This document shows positions 11,796 through 21,822 of a stretch of 64,000 bases of DNA, piece by piece. The notes under the pieces are model-generated. The model had not been told where the DNA came from, ran no database searches, and saw only the letters and a program-made list of their open reading frames with translations. This DNA is from an uncultured Spirochaetota bacterium (GTDB taxonomy: Bacteria; Spirochaetota; Spirochaetia; SZUA-6; Fen-1364): positions 32,001-96,000 of the forward strand of contig CAWGAA010000002.1 of the NCBI GenBank assembly GCA_963820525.1. Direction: 5' to 3'. The translations under genes and the position numbers were made by a program. Every line of letters begins with the position of its first letter. Position 1 is the stretch's first letter.

Positions 11796-12182
11796 ATGAA
11801 AACCGATCTTCCGCAAAACTACCAGCAGCTCCAGCGCGCCCTCAGCCGAGTCGGCTATTTCCGCCGTGGCACCTTGCTGAAACGCTTCATGGCCTGCGGC
11901 AAGCCCGGCTGCGCCTGCCAAGCTTCTCCGCCCCGCCTTCACGGTCCCTACTACCAGTGGACCCGCAAGGTGGATGGAAAAACCGTCACAGTCCGCCTGA
12001 CGCGCGAACAGGCCGACCTTCTCGCCGTCTGGGTTGCCACCGGCCGCGAACTGGACAGAATCATCGCTCAAATGGAGAGGATGTCGTTGCGCGTCACCGA
12101 TCGCCTTCTTAAAAAGCTACCGTCCCCCGCGAGAAAGACGCCAACCCCGCGTATCCACGGTAAGCGGGCTCCGGAGAGCTAA
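11796..12182 (+). CDS. DUF6788-like IS-associated small protein
   Basis: RGTL…CGKPGCAC…HGPYYQWTRKVDGKTVT motif; inside the IS. Confidence 0.75.
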   Translation: MKTDLPQNYQQLQRALSRVGYFRRGTLLKRFMACGKPGCACQASPPRLHGPYYQWTRKVDGKTVTVRLTREQADLLAVWVATGRELDRIIAQMERMSLRVTDRLLKKLPSPARKTPTPRIHGKRAPES

Positions 12183-12263
12183 CAATTACCCGACAAGCTG
12201 TAGATAGCGGTGATCCGCTTTTCGACTTCTCCGGCGACTCTAATCGCTAATTCGCGTTCGATC

Positions 12264-12669
12264 TGCGGGTTCCAGAAATTATGGCCACATTAATTCCAGA
12301 AATTTTGGCGTGTTTGAAGGAGAGCCAGAATGGAGCAGAGAGGGGAATACGATATTGGGTGCTCGGGCCGGGAGGGCCGGCAGCGGCTGGCTGCGGGTGA
12401 GGACCGGTCCCCTGATTTAGCACCGTCAGTCGTGGATCATGGGATCTCCGCCATGGAGGTCCCGATGATTGCCCAGCTCAAGCGCTTTGAGATCCAAATC
12501 CTACTGAAGGCCGGCCACTCCCAGGCGGAGACGAGCCGCATCGCGGAGGTCTCGCTGCGGACAGTGCAGCGCGTGGCAGAGGAGCCCGAGGTCGAGCATC
12601 CCGACGACGGCAAGGAGCGAACTCGGCGCATGATCGGGCGGCCCAGCACCGCCGAACCATTCAGGTCCT
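12264..12669 (+). mobile_element. IS21-like left end with truncated istA 5' fragment
   Basis: TG start with repeated TTCCAGAAATT boxes; HTH peptide MIAQLKRFEIQILLKAGHSQAETSRIAEVSLRTVQR ends abruptly. Confidence 0.6.
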
Positions 12670-12687
12670 AATCCTTGTCGAACATGT

Positions 12688-14392
12688 CTTTGAACTTACA
12701 GGGACTTGCAATGGCTTGTAGGGAGTGCGAAAAAAATAATGTCACAGATAATGTAACAGCTAAGGTGAGGTGATGACGCCCACAAGGCAAGCTCGGCGTT
12801 TCTGGGGCCGTTGGCTCCCTGTGTGGCAGATCAGCTGGCCTTTGCTCTGGAGACGGCGTCACCCTGCACCTATCGGCAGCGGTGCGCCAGTACGCTGCAA
12901 AGTTTATTTCAGAGACACTTCGCCGAATTTTGCGCGCGCTACGAAGCGGACTACGCCCGCCGCCTGGGACGGATCCGCTTGGAGAGGATCCGCAGGGTAG
13001 TCCAGCGTTTCCTGGACTGCGGGAACTACACCAGGGGCGTGGCAAGGATCCAGTGCACGAATCCTAACTGCAAGTCGGAGTACTTCCGGCCCTTCTCCTG
13101 CAAGACGTTCTATATCTGCCCGTCTTGTTCGCAGAAACGCACGCTGCTGTTCGCCGAGTACATGAACGAGCGGCTCATGCTTCGGTTGCCCCACAGGCAA
13201 TTCGTCTTCACCCTGCCCAAGGTCCTGCGGGTGTTCTTCCGACATGACCGGCAGCTCCACGGTGAGATCAGCCGACTCATCCATCGCCTCCTGCAAGACT
13301 TCTTCACGGCGGCCGCAGGCATGAGGATCCGCACCGGCGGTGTCATTGCATTTCAGACCTCAGGGGAGTTCGTGAGATGGAACCCGCACTGGCACGGGTT
13401 GTTCCTTGAAGGAGGCTTCGACCGCAACGGCCGATTCGTTCACATCCCCACGATGAACCTTGCGAAGATGAGCGCCTGCTTCCGCCACAGAGTTGTGGAG
13501 TTCTTCCGCCAGCGACAGCTGTTGAACGAGCGCTTGGCAGAGAACATGCTGGAGTGGACCCACTCGGGATTTAGTGTCGACGGCTCCGTCGGCATCCCCG
13601 CAGGCTCCCCGAAAGCGCGCGAAGCCCTCTCGCAGTACATCGCGCGGCCGCCTGTCTCGCTTAAGAAGCTTCTCGTGGAGGAGGGCGGCACAGACAGCGT
13701 CCTGTACTACACTGAACTCCTCCAGCACCTCCCAGAGCCCCGTACGAGGTTGATCCGTGCCTACGGATTGTACTCCTCACGCGCTCGGGGTACGTGGCTG
13801 CGGATGCCCTACCTTGTACGTCTCGCCCCTGAGGGGTGGAAGCAGGATCATTCGCCTCCGCCTTCAGCTTGCGTCGGTGCCCCCGGCGAGCCCCAATCGG
13901 ACTGTTCGGTCTCCGCGATGGAGTGCCGCTCCGCGTGGGCTCGCCTTATTGCGAAGGTCTACGAGGTCGATCCCTTGGTCTGTCTCAGCTGCGGCGCAGC
14001 GATGCGCGTCTTGGCCGTCATCACCGAGCCGCAGCAGGTCCTCAAGATCCTGCGCCACCTCGTGAAGATCGGTACGCCGCCACCCGGCTTAGACCCTGCT
14101 TCCCTCAACTGACCCTTGTCTTCTTAGCAAGCCTGGGGCACCTATGAACAGTGTCGAGAGCCCATTTCTCGTCGTTCCCTTTTGCGGGACTAGTCTGGCT
14201 TTTCTTTATGCCCGAAGGCCGCGTAGCCCCATCTGTTGGCCCATATTGTTTCCCATTCCTCATTCTCGGCCCGATATGTTCTTGTTGAAGATCACTCAAC
14301 TTGCCTGTGATGGGTTGCAACCGTACTCCGGGCGAGCTCGTCCCGCCAGTCGCTTGCTATGCCCAGACAACACCCTTATAGTAGTTCCTATC
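12688..14392 (+). mobile_element. IS91/ISCR-like rolling-circle element, copy 1
   Basis: Left end CTTTGAAC shared with copy 3; right end …GTAGTTCCTATC followed by CTTA; no IRs or TSD. Confidence 0.88.
12811..14112 (+). CDS. IS91-family HUH transposase with 20-aa in-frame deletion
   Basis: Zn domain (CTNPNC…SCKTFYICPSC), WNPHWH, YIARPP; lacks 60 bp present in copies 2 and 3. Confidence 0.9.
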   Translation: MAPCVADQLAFALETASPCTYRQRCASTLQSLFQRHFAEFCARYEADYARRLGRIRLERIRRVVQRFLDCGNYTRGVARIQCTNPNCKSEYFRPFSCKTFYICPSCSQKRTLLFAEYMNERLMLRLPHRQFVFTLPKVLRVFFRHDRQLHGEISRLIHRLLQDFFTAAAGMRIRTGGVIAFQTSGEFVRWNPHWHGLFLEGGFDRNGRFVHIPTMNLAKMSACFRHRVVEFFRQRQLLNERLAENMLEWTHSGFSVDGSVGIPAGSPKAREALSQYIARPPVSLKKLLVEEGGTDSVLYYTELLQHLPEPRTRLIRAYGLYSSRARGTWLRMPYLVRLAPEGWKQDHSPPPSACVGAPGEPQSDCSVSAMECRSAWARLIAKVYEVDPLVCLSCGAAMRVLAVITEPQQVLKILRHLVKIGTPPPGLDPASLN

Positions 14393-14598
14393 CTTAACTC
14401 CTTGGCGGTAGGATACGTGTCGGTCTTGAGCCTTGCTGGAAGGGCTGACAGTTGAAATACCACGACTTTGACAGGCCTGCGGAGGTACAGCATCCCGTTA
14501 TTGGACTTGACGGGGAGGAAGGAGGCGATAGAATGACAATAACGAGAGTTTGGATGTCGGATTTGCTTAGGATTCAGAGTCCAAATGGGAAATCTCCG

Positions 14599-16533
14599 AT
14601 GAATAGTAAGTTGCTTCATTTGCTATCCACTAGCGCGCTGATCGCGCTTGTTACAATAGCGGCAGGGTGTAATCATCTGCCTGTCACAGCTACTCCGACC
14701 TCCTCATCCACGCTATTCTCAACCAACACACCTAACCTTGTCCCTGCTCAAAAGGCGGCTGCCCTGTATGAACAGAATTTCGAGGAGAGCCCGCTGCAAG
14801 GCCTATCCGAACACGGATCCTGGTCCGTGTCGCTTGACGAGGCCGGAAATCATGTGTTTTGCAACCAGGTCTCTAATAACTGGCAGACTTTTATGTTCGG
14901 TTATGAGAACTGGACGGATTATGCCGTCGAGATGCGAGTTAAACTGCTGAAGCAGAATACCGACCTAAGCGCAGAGATCTATGCACGGATAAACAATTCC
15001 ACCTATGGATATCGAGGCCAATTGTTCTATATGCGGGCAGGCCTAGCATATATTTTACCGTTGGAAAATCTGGGGATAGTCTCCATCACCACCGAGGCGA
15101 ACCACTGGTACATTCTTCGGATGGATGTCGCTGGCAACCAGATCAAGTTTTACCTGGACAACCAGATGATCGCCAGTGCTTCGGACAGCAACCGATCGAA
15201 CGGGATGGCGGGATTTGGGGTTGCCCCAGGCGCAATAGCATGTGTGGATGATATCCGTGCCTGGCCGCTTACGCCGGATGGCCAGATTGCACAGGCAGCA
15301 CCTGCAGATCAAATTGTCAGGAAGGATTCCCTAGCGAAGTATGAAGGCGACTGCACTTTCTGCTTTGTCGATGGCAGCGATCCCTCCATGCCCGTGTGGG
15401 ATAGTGCCGCGGGAGGTTATAAACAACAGCCGGGCGATACAAGGAAACAAACCGTCCTGGACGAGAATTTTGTCGTTCCCGCCAAGCAGGTGACCACGTT
15501 TGAGAACCAAATTGTCTTTATCCGGCCTCATCAAAGGCACGACATTAAAGTTTATGGAACCCTGATCATTAAAGATAGCCTCCTCCTGTGGCAGCAGACT
15601 GAGTATCAACAAACTTATCTAATCATTGAGAAAGGCGGTAAACTGGTCATCGAGAATTCCTATGCGTTTTCAAGCAATCAATTTTGGATTGGCTGGACAT
15701 TTGAAGATGGATCAACCGTCTCGTTCGATCACTTTGTGGGGACGCCATGGTGTAGTATCTGGGGGTCGGTCAACTATACCGCAGCCAATTTCTCCACCGT
15801 AGATCTCACGATCTTTGGGAACGTTCACAATGCCCGCCTGGAAATTTCGAACGCCCATCATGTGGAGTTCGAGTTCTTTCCCCCGCCCGGTACTTATGAA
15901 TTCAGCCTGCCGAAAAAGGAACAGTGGGTCGATTGGAAGATTGACAATATTTGGCCGAATACAACCATCGATATGACGCATTCCTACTTTTATGCGAGGA
16001 GCATCAGCCTCGACTCGAATGTTCATGTCACCATCACAAACACTGTCGATGGTATCAGTGTGGGCTGGGCTATCCATAAGGATACTCCAGGTTTTGTGGA
16101 TTGCGAGATAAAAGGTCTGGGCGAACCCGGGAATGACCAGGGAGTGCTGTACCAAAATACCACCTGGGACCTGCCCTGTATCAATTCATCCCTGACGATA
16201 AAGAATTCCGTGCTGCAGACAGCTTGGCCCTGTTCATATGGATATGTCCACCTGAAAGTTTATGATTCCAATTTATTCGACCCGAGAAATTGGGGCCCAC
16301 CAAGCACATACGAAATCTATCGGTCCAGTATTCATTTCGTGGCCGCTTACAACGGCGGACTGATCTACTTAGAGAACTCCAAAGTTCAAAGTGGTATCGA
16401 GATCAATGGAGCAGGCTCCATTGTGTATGGTTATGGGGTTTCTGCAGTGGATCCGGGAAGCAACTATTCCATCATGCAAGAAAGCGGCGGGAAGTATATG
16501 GAATTGCAATCTGCCGGACCACCGTGGAAGTAA
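14599..16533 (+). CDS. Lipoprotein: DUF1080/ConA-like domain plus uncharacterised ~400-aa domain
   Basis: Lipobox IAAGC; WTDYAVEMRVK…NHWYILRMDVAGNQIKFYLD…GMAGF…VDDIR pattern; C-terminal part aligns with 30818..32101. Confidence 0.75.
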   Translation: MNSKLLHLLSTSALIALVTIAAGCNHLPVTATPTSSSTLFSTNTPNLVPAQKAAALYEQNFEESPLQGLSEHGSWSVSLDEAGNHVFCNQVSNNWQTFMFGYENWTDYAVEMRVKLLKQNTDLSAEIYARINNSTYGYRGQLFYMRAGLAYILPLENLGIVSITTEANHWYILRMDVAGNQIKFYLDNQMIASASDSNRSNGMAGFGVAPGAIACVDDIRAWPLTPDGQIAQAAPADQIVRKDSLAKYEGDCTFCFVDGSDPSMPVWDSAAGGYKQQPGDTRKQTVLDENFVVPAKQVTTFENQIVFIRPHQRHDIKVYGTLIIKDSLLLWQQTEYQQTYLIIEKGGKLVIENSYAFSSNQFWIGWTFEDGSTVSFDHFVGTPWCSIWGSVNYTAANFSTVDLTIFGNVHNARLEISNAHHVEFEFFPPPGTYEFSLPKKEQWVDWKIDNIWPNTTIDMTHSYFYARSISLDSNVHVTITNTVDGISVGWAIHKDTPGFVDCEIKGLGEPGNDQGVLYQNTTWDLPCINSSLTIKNSVLQTAWPCSYGYVHLKVYDSNLFDPRNWGPPSTYEIYRSSIHFVAAYNGGLIYLENSKVQSGIEINGAGSIVYGYGVSAVDPGSNYSIMQESGGKYMELQSAGPPWK

Positions 16534-16859
16534 TTCCATCGAATTTCAAAGGAGCCTCCAGGAACCGCAGATTCTCACGCCGTGATTTTCTAAGAGCGAT
16601 GCCTGCTGCGGTCGACGCAGGATGTTGCGCGACTTGGGTGATCTATCATAGAACCGCTCCCAGTTAGCTGGCGAAGATGCACCGATCTGGTGGTTTGATG
16701 GCAGGATGGATATATAATGAGGATAGAGGTGGAAACGTGACAAAGGTAATTCCCGTACTTCTCGGAATCGCTCTCCTGGCAGGGTGCGCAACCGAATCGT
16801 CGATCTACGACGGAGCGAGGCCGAACCATGTCGTCGCGAACAGCGACGGCTCAACGACG

Positions 16860-17036
16860 TTTGAGTTTCTGTTTGATTTTTTTTGTTACCGAACCTAAGA
16901 GCTTGGGTTTAGCTCCTGTTCCATAAGCGCCATAGACAATGTACCCGGAAGCGGAGCCACTTTTTGGTATCAGTTGTTCCCTCCATGTCTCGCCTCTTTT
17001 AAATAACACCATATTTCCAGGTAATAATGATGCATT
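16860..17036 (-). pseudogene. AT-rich fragment of a right-handed beta-helix protein N-terminus
   Basis: LLPGNMVLFKRGETWREQLIPKSGSASGYIVYGAYGTGAKP; truncated on both sides. Confidence 0.6.
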
Positions 17037-18758
17037 CAGGCTGTCGAAAAAACCAGTTTTCCCAAGAAAATCATTGTTCGGCGCGACGGCAGGATGTAAA
17101 ATAAGGAGTCGAATTCGCCATTCGTGAAGCACGGGAGGGACTTCATGCCGGCATTCCTCATCCCGAATAGATCCCAGATGCTGCTGCTCACACAGGTTGA
17201 CCTTTCGACTGTCGCTCCCGAGGGGAGCGCGGTGTACCTCATCAACGACCTGGTGGATTCTTTGGACACCCGTGCAATTGAAGAATCGTATGAAGTGGGC
17301 TCCGACAATGGACGACCACCCTTCCATCCGAAGACCCTTTTGAAAGTCGCTCTGTTGGCACTTCACAGCTGCCGCTTCTCGTTGCGGAAGATGGAAGAAG
17401 ACACGATGAACAACCTGGGGTACAAGTGGTTGACCGGTGATATGACGATCGATCACTCAACGATGGGACTGTTTCTGGCGCGGTTTGCCGGGGAAATCGT
17501 GGAGTTGTTCAGCCAAGTGGTTGCGAGCTGCGCGGAGCAGAATCTGATCGAGTTCGACCTTCTGGCCATAGACAGCGTCAAGTTGCGGGCGAATGCCAAC
17601 TACAAGCAGAGCAAGACCCTTGAGGGGATCAAGAAGGAAGAAAACCAAATTGCAGCACGCCTGAAAGAGGTCCTGGAGACTGCCTCGGACGCGAAGAGCG
17701 CTGAGGTGGAGGAAGTTCTGGCGTTGAAACGGCGTGCGGAAAGGGTGCGGGAAGCCAGGAAAGTTCTGCTGGAACGATTGGCAGAGAAAAGCCGCGAGGC
17801 AAGCGAGAAGAAGAAGAAGCAAGAGCTTGTTGAAAAGGAAAAGGTCAACATCACTGACCCCGACGCGCATATCATGCAACAGGCGAATGGGGAGAAGAAT
17901 CCAGCGTTTTCGATCACCACAACGACGGATGTGAGCCACGATATTGTGACACATTTCCAGGTGAATGCTGAGGATAATGATGCAGCGGCGTTGCCTGAGG
18001 CGATCGAGGGCAGCCGTCGCAGTACAGGGGAAAAGCACCAGGAAGTAGAAGCGGACTCCGGATTTGCCAGCATGGAGAATTATGAGAAGCTGGAATTGGA
18101 TGGGCAGGAGGCACTGATCCCCGATCGGCGCGTGGATGTGGAGGAAAACGGGACGACGGCGAAAGGGGAGTATGATCGTTCGAAGTTCAACTTTCGAGCG
18201 AATAGCGACAGCTATCGTTGTCCGTGCGGATGGATATTGAGGAATACAGGTTCTGTTGAACTTAACGGCCGGATTTATGACCGCTACGAGAATCCCAGCG
18301 CCTGTGCCAGGTGTACCTATCGCAGTAGATGCACAAAAGGGACGCACCGGCGGGTGTTTCGGAATCGCAATGAAGAGGTTCGCCAACGGATGCGGACGAA
18401 GCTTGATAAGAAAAGATCACAGGGGAGGTACAACAAGCGCGCGCACACTGCAGAGTCGCCGTTCGGCAACCTTAAATGGAACCTGAAGTTCCGCGCAGTA
18501 ATGCGCAGGGGCATAAGGAAGGTGCGCATGGAGGCAGCGCTGCTGTTCATGCTGCATAACTTCATGAAAATGGCGACGGCGCCGGCTTGATTTCGTGAGG
18601 GATCGCGGAGAATTGCCGACAGGGGCGGACAAAGAGCCGGAAAGCAGTGCATCGGTGAGAATCACGGGCAGACCGCTCACCGCTATCGGACATTTGTTAC
18701 ATGCTGCGATAACGATGCACCCCCGGCCCGTGCGCGCTTCGGTTTTTTCGACAGCCTG
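17037..18758 (+). mobile_element. IS1182-family element
   Basis: IRs CAGGCTGTCGAAAAAACC / GGTTTTTTCGACAGCCTG. Confidence 0.92.
17124..18590 (+). CDS. IS1182-family transposase
   Basis: GRPPFHP, AIDSVKLRANA, TDPDA, ADSGF, AESPFGNLK motifs. Confidence 0.92.
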   Translation: MKHGRDFMPAFLIPNRSQMLLLTQVDLSTVAPEGSAVYLINDLVDSLDTRAIEESYEVGSDNGRPPFHPKTLLKVALLALHSCRFSLRKMEEDTMNNLGYKWLTGDMTIDHSTMGLFLARFAGEIVELFSQVVASCAEQNLIEFDLLAIDSVKLRANANYKQSKTLEGIKKEENQIAARLKEVLETASDAKSAEVEEVLALKRRAERVREARKVLLERLAEKSREASEKKKKQELVEKEKVNITDPDAHIMQQANGEKNPAFSITTTTDVSHDIVTHFQVNAEDNDAAALPEAIEGSRRSTGEKHQEVEADSGFASMENYEKLELDGQEALIPDRRVDVEENGTTAKGEYDRSKFNFRANSDSYRCPCGWILRNTGSVELNGRIYDRYENPSACARCTYRSRCTKGTHRRVFRNRNEEVRQRMRTKLDKKRSQGRYNKRAHTAESPFGNLKWNLKFRAVMRRGIRKVRMEAALLFMLHNFMKMATAPA

Positions 18759-18879
18759 ATTGGATTATTGCGACGATAATAGTTGGCATAGCACCTAATG
18801 CAGCCCCAACTATAAGTAATTGTATATCGTGAGATGTAATAGTCACTTATTTTTCTCGCAGTCACTCGTAATTGACCGC

Positions 18880-19581
18880 TTCTTTTTCATTCCCATCGGC
18901 GCGGGGGAGGCTTTATGCGAGGCCTGGAGGCGCTCGGTGGTTGCCTTCTTTCTGGACAAAGGGTTGCTGAACAGGGAGTTCGCCCGCACGCTATTGACCT
19001 GGAGGCACTCGGGGTTCTCCATCGAGAGCGGCACGCGCATCTATGACGCGCAGACTCGGCAGGGCCTCTGTCAGTATATCATTCGCGCCCCGCTTTCCCT
19101 GCAGAAGCTGGAGTGGGACGAAGAACAGGATACCATTACATGGACTTCCTCTCCTACGGGATACTTTCGGGGACAACAGCGCCATTTCTCCTGCCTGGAC
19201 TTCATCGCCCAGTTGACCCTGCACATTCCCCCGCAGGGCAAGCATCTTCTGCGCCGCTACGGGTTGTACGCCTCCAGAGCACGGGGGACCTGGAAGAAGC
19301 GTCCCGCCTTGAGCAGCCGTGCCCCCGAGGGCTGGTATGGTCGCACAGAGGGTAGTGACTGCGTGCCGGCGTGCGCCTCCCAGGACTGGGAGGTCGGCCG
19401 CGCTGAGTGCAAAAGCGCCTGGGCCCGGCTGCTGGCCAAGGTATATGAAGTGGACGCGTGGGCCTGTCCGGCCTGCGGCGGGCGCATGTCGGTGATCGCC
19501 GTTATTCGCGACCCTGCCGAGATTCGAAAGATCATAACGTGTATGAGCAAGCAGGGGCGGGGGCCGCCGTATGAGTGCTGA
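18880..19581 (+). pseudogene. 5'-truncated IS91-family transposase (third variant)
   Basis: WRHSGFSI, QYIIRAP, RRYGLYASR, AWARLLAKVYEVDAWACPACG; HUH and Zn domains missing. Confidence 0.85.
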
Positions 19582-19837
19582 GCGTTCTGCCCCGTTTGAT
19601 TCGACGCAAACGCGGATACCCTACTCCCGATGCGCCCTCAACCGCAGTATGCCCCAGGATCATCGGGAGGTAGCCCGCTGGGCGGGCTTTCGTGGTATAG
19701 AGACGCCCGCCGTACCGTCGATTCGGTTCTTGACGGGGTGAAACCGGCAAGATAGGCTCGCTCTGAGGCCGAAAGTGTGTAATGTGTGGCACTCTCGATT
19801 GCGGGAACAGGAAGACGTAGCGGGGCGAACCGGTGAA

Positions 19838-19905
19838 TCAGTCGACAAATGCTATAAAATGGCTTATCAATTCAGTCGACAAATGCTATAAAATGGCTTA
19901 TCAAT
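19838..19905. repeat. Perfect 34-bp tandem duplication
   Basis: TCAGTCGACAAATGCTATAAAATGGCTTATCAAT x2. Confidence 0.95.
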
Positions 19906-19955
19906 TTTATAAGGAGAACCATATGAAACATAAATTGATATTATCGATAATTTTA

Positions 19956-20520
19956 GAGTCTCCTACGGGGAGAAACCCCCTCGTCTTTAGACGAAGACTT
20001 TAGTAGGCTTGCGGTACGATGAAGCAGTATCGAAAAGCGTCGCACTGCGTCTATGATTTGAAGTATCATATAGTGTGGATCACCAAGTACCGCAAGCCAG
20101 TGTTGGGGAAAGAGATAGGAACCCGCGTAAGAGATCTGATACGAATGATTTGCGCGAGCCTGGACGTAGAGATCGTGAAAGGGAACATCAGCCGCGATCA
20201 CGTGCATCTGCTGCTGAGCGTGCCGCCGACTCTATCGGTATCCAGGCTCGTGCAGCGCATGAAGGGGCTGACATCACGGAAGCTGCTCATGGAAAACAAA
20301 GGGTTGAACAAAACATTCTGGGGCAGGCATCTTTGGGCCCGCGGGTATTTCGTGGCGAGCACAGGGAACGTGACCGAAGAGATGATCGCCCGCTACATCG
20401 AGAATCAGCAGGACACAGAGCGGGACCAAGATGCCGACTTCAAAGTAGAACCGTGATGTCGGCCCCAGTCGGCTTTAGCCGACAAGCGCAAACCCCCCGA
20501 CTTAAGTCGGGGGTGGTTTA
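19956..20520 (+). mobile_element. IS200/IS605-family tnpA-only element
   Basis: Subterminal hairpins (e.g. CCCCCGACTTAAGTCGGGGG); TTTAG at both junctions, so boundaries are ambiguous by a few bp. Confidence 0.9.
20019..20456 (+). CDS. tnpA: IS200 Y1 transposase
   Basis: YHIVWITKYR, DHVH, LWARGYF, YIENQ. Confidence 0.95.
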   Translation: MKQYRKASHCVYDLKYHIVWITKYRKPVLGKEIGTRVRDLIRMICASLDVEIVKGNISRDHVHLLLSVPPTLSVSRLVQRMKGLTSRKLLMENKGLNKTFWGRHLWARGYFVASTGNVTEEMIARYIENQQDTERDQDADFKVEP

Positions 20521-21114
20521 GCACTTGTTTTGGTGAGCTTCAGTGGATGCTCGATTAACACAAATGAGCCGCCTACTGTTACTCTTTCTGCCGATAAAAT
20601 AAATCCGATGTTCGGAACTGAAGTCATCATCACAGCCGATGCTTATGACGAAGATGACGATACCCTGACTTATACTTGGTATATAAATAACAATATACAA
20701 AGTCAACTTGATTCGGATGTTTATTCGGTTTCCTATACTCTGAATCCAACAGTGGAAACCGCTGTTATCATTAGTTGTACGGTATCGGATGGCGAGGATG
20801 AAGCATCCGCCAATATTACCATCACATTCACAGCACCGGTAACTTTATTTCTTAACAATTCTACAGGCTATGTAATCGATGGTGTCTATATAAAACCCTT
20901 ACCATCAGGTACATGGGGTAATGATTTATTCTCCGGTACAGTTGGTGCATATGGTACGGGTTATGTTTATAATGTCCCCGAGGGAACGTATGATATCGAA
21001 GTCGATTCAGGTACGGTACGCTATTGGTCTTTTACAAATATTACCCTTGAAGGTGGCACGACTTTTACTTTAAATCTATTATAATGTATTTTTAGTTAAT
21101 TTTTGAGTATAGAG

Positions 21115-21142
21115 GTCAGGCTGCCCGCAGCCTGACTTTTTT
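21115..21142. terminator. Rho-independent terminator between convergent genes
   Basis: GTCAGGCTGC-cc-GCAGCCTGAC followed by a T tract. Confidence 0.75.
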
Positions 21143-21685
21143 ACTCTTTTTCCAAAAAAACCTGGTGCAGTATAATCAGTGCCTTTTCCCTGTTTTTTCT
21201 TTCCAATACAAAACTTATATTGCGTTCGGATGAACCCTGGGCAATGGCGAATACATTGATATTATGCTGACCCAGGGTGCTGAATAACCGGCCTGAAATC
21301 CCCGGGGTGCCGCGCATATTTTCACCAATGACCGCCATAACAGCCAGGTTATCCCGTACCGAGATTTCCTGGATACGCTTGTTCGTTTTATCATCTGCCA
21401 GGGTATTATTCAGGGCAGCAAGGGCAGCCTTGCTTTCCTCTTCTTTGAATACCAAACAGACACTATGCTCTGATGAAGCCTGCGAAATCATGATCACATT
21501 GATGCCCCTTTCGGCTAAAGCTGCAAAAATCTTTGCCGGTATGGAAGGATTTTTCATAATGCCGCCGCCTTCGATATTTATAATTGAAACCTTATCGATA
21601 CAGGCAATACCGGTAATAAAAGCAGCATGCCGTTTTATATCCTTTGCAATCAAAGTCCCCCTGGTACCTGGATTTAAGGTATTTT
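21141..21685 (-). pseudogene. Aspartate kinase C-terminal fragment (ACT domains)
   Basis: KNTLNPGTRGTLI…INVIMISQASSEHSV…AIAQGSSERNISFV; 5' two-thirds replaced by the oriIS segment. Confidence 0.85.
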
Positions 21686-21822
21686 TTCCTCATTCTCGGC
21701 CCGATATGTTCTTGTTGAAGATCACTCAACTTGCCTGTGATGGGTTGCAACCGCACTCCGGGCGAGCTCGTCCCGCCAGTCGCTTGCTATGCCCAGACAA
21801 CACCCTTATAGTAGTTCCTATC
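21686..21822 (+). mobile_element. Orphan IS91-like right end (oriIS), 137 bp
   Basis: Near-identical to the last 137 bp of copies 1 and 2; followed by CTTA. Confidence 0.92.

Larger units (their letters stand above)
10054..12200. mobile_element. DDE insertion sequence (IS5/IS4-superfamily-like) with divergent accessory ORF
   Basis: 17-bp IRs CAG(T/C)TTGTCGGGTAATT; 6-bp TSD TAGATA at 10048..10053 and 12201..12206. Confidence 0.93.
9966..12263 (-). pseudogene. 3' remnant of the gene upstream of the E2 gene, possibly a CD-NTase tail; split by an IS and 5'-truncated
   Basis: Excising 10054..12200 plus one TSD gives IERELAIRVAGEVEKRITAIYSEATTCTFPSSVIPIVSAPKPWRRGE*, overlapping the E2 start by 11 bp; identity is inference. 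Confidence 0.4.
19923..21084 (+). pseudogene. AT-rich lipoprotein with Ig/PKD-like domain, interrupted by IS200
   Basis: Excising 19956..20520 restores MKHKLILSIILALVLVSFSGC (lipobox); AAGGAG RBS; DEDDDTLTYTW, TVSDG. Confidence 0.8.

Noticed and set aside
12735..12760. dif/Xer site
   Set aside because: Only ATAATGTA matches; no XerD arm (TTATGTTAAAT)
12770..13000. 76-aa ORF overlapping the tnp start in all three copies
   Set aside because: Conservation is explained by element identity; no recognisable motif, although a regulatory ORF cannot be excluded
19956..20520. TnpB/IscB or omega-RNA system
   Set aside because: Element is about 565 bp and contains only tnpA; no RuvC gene
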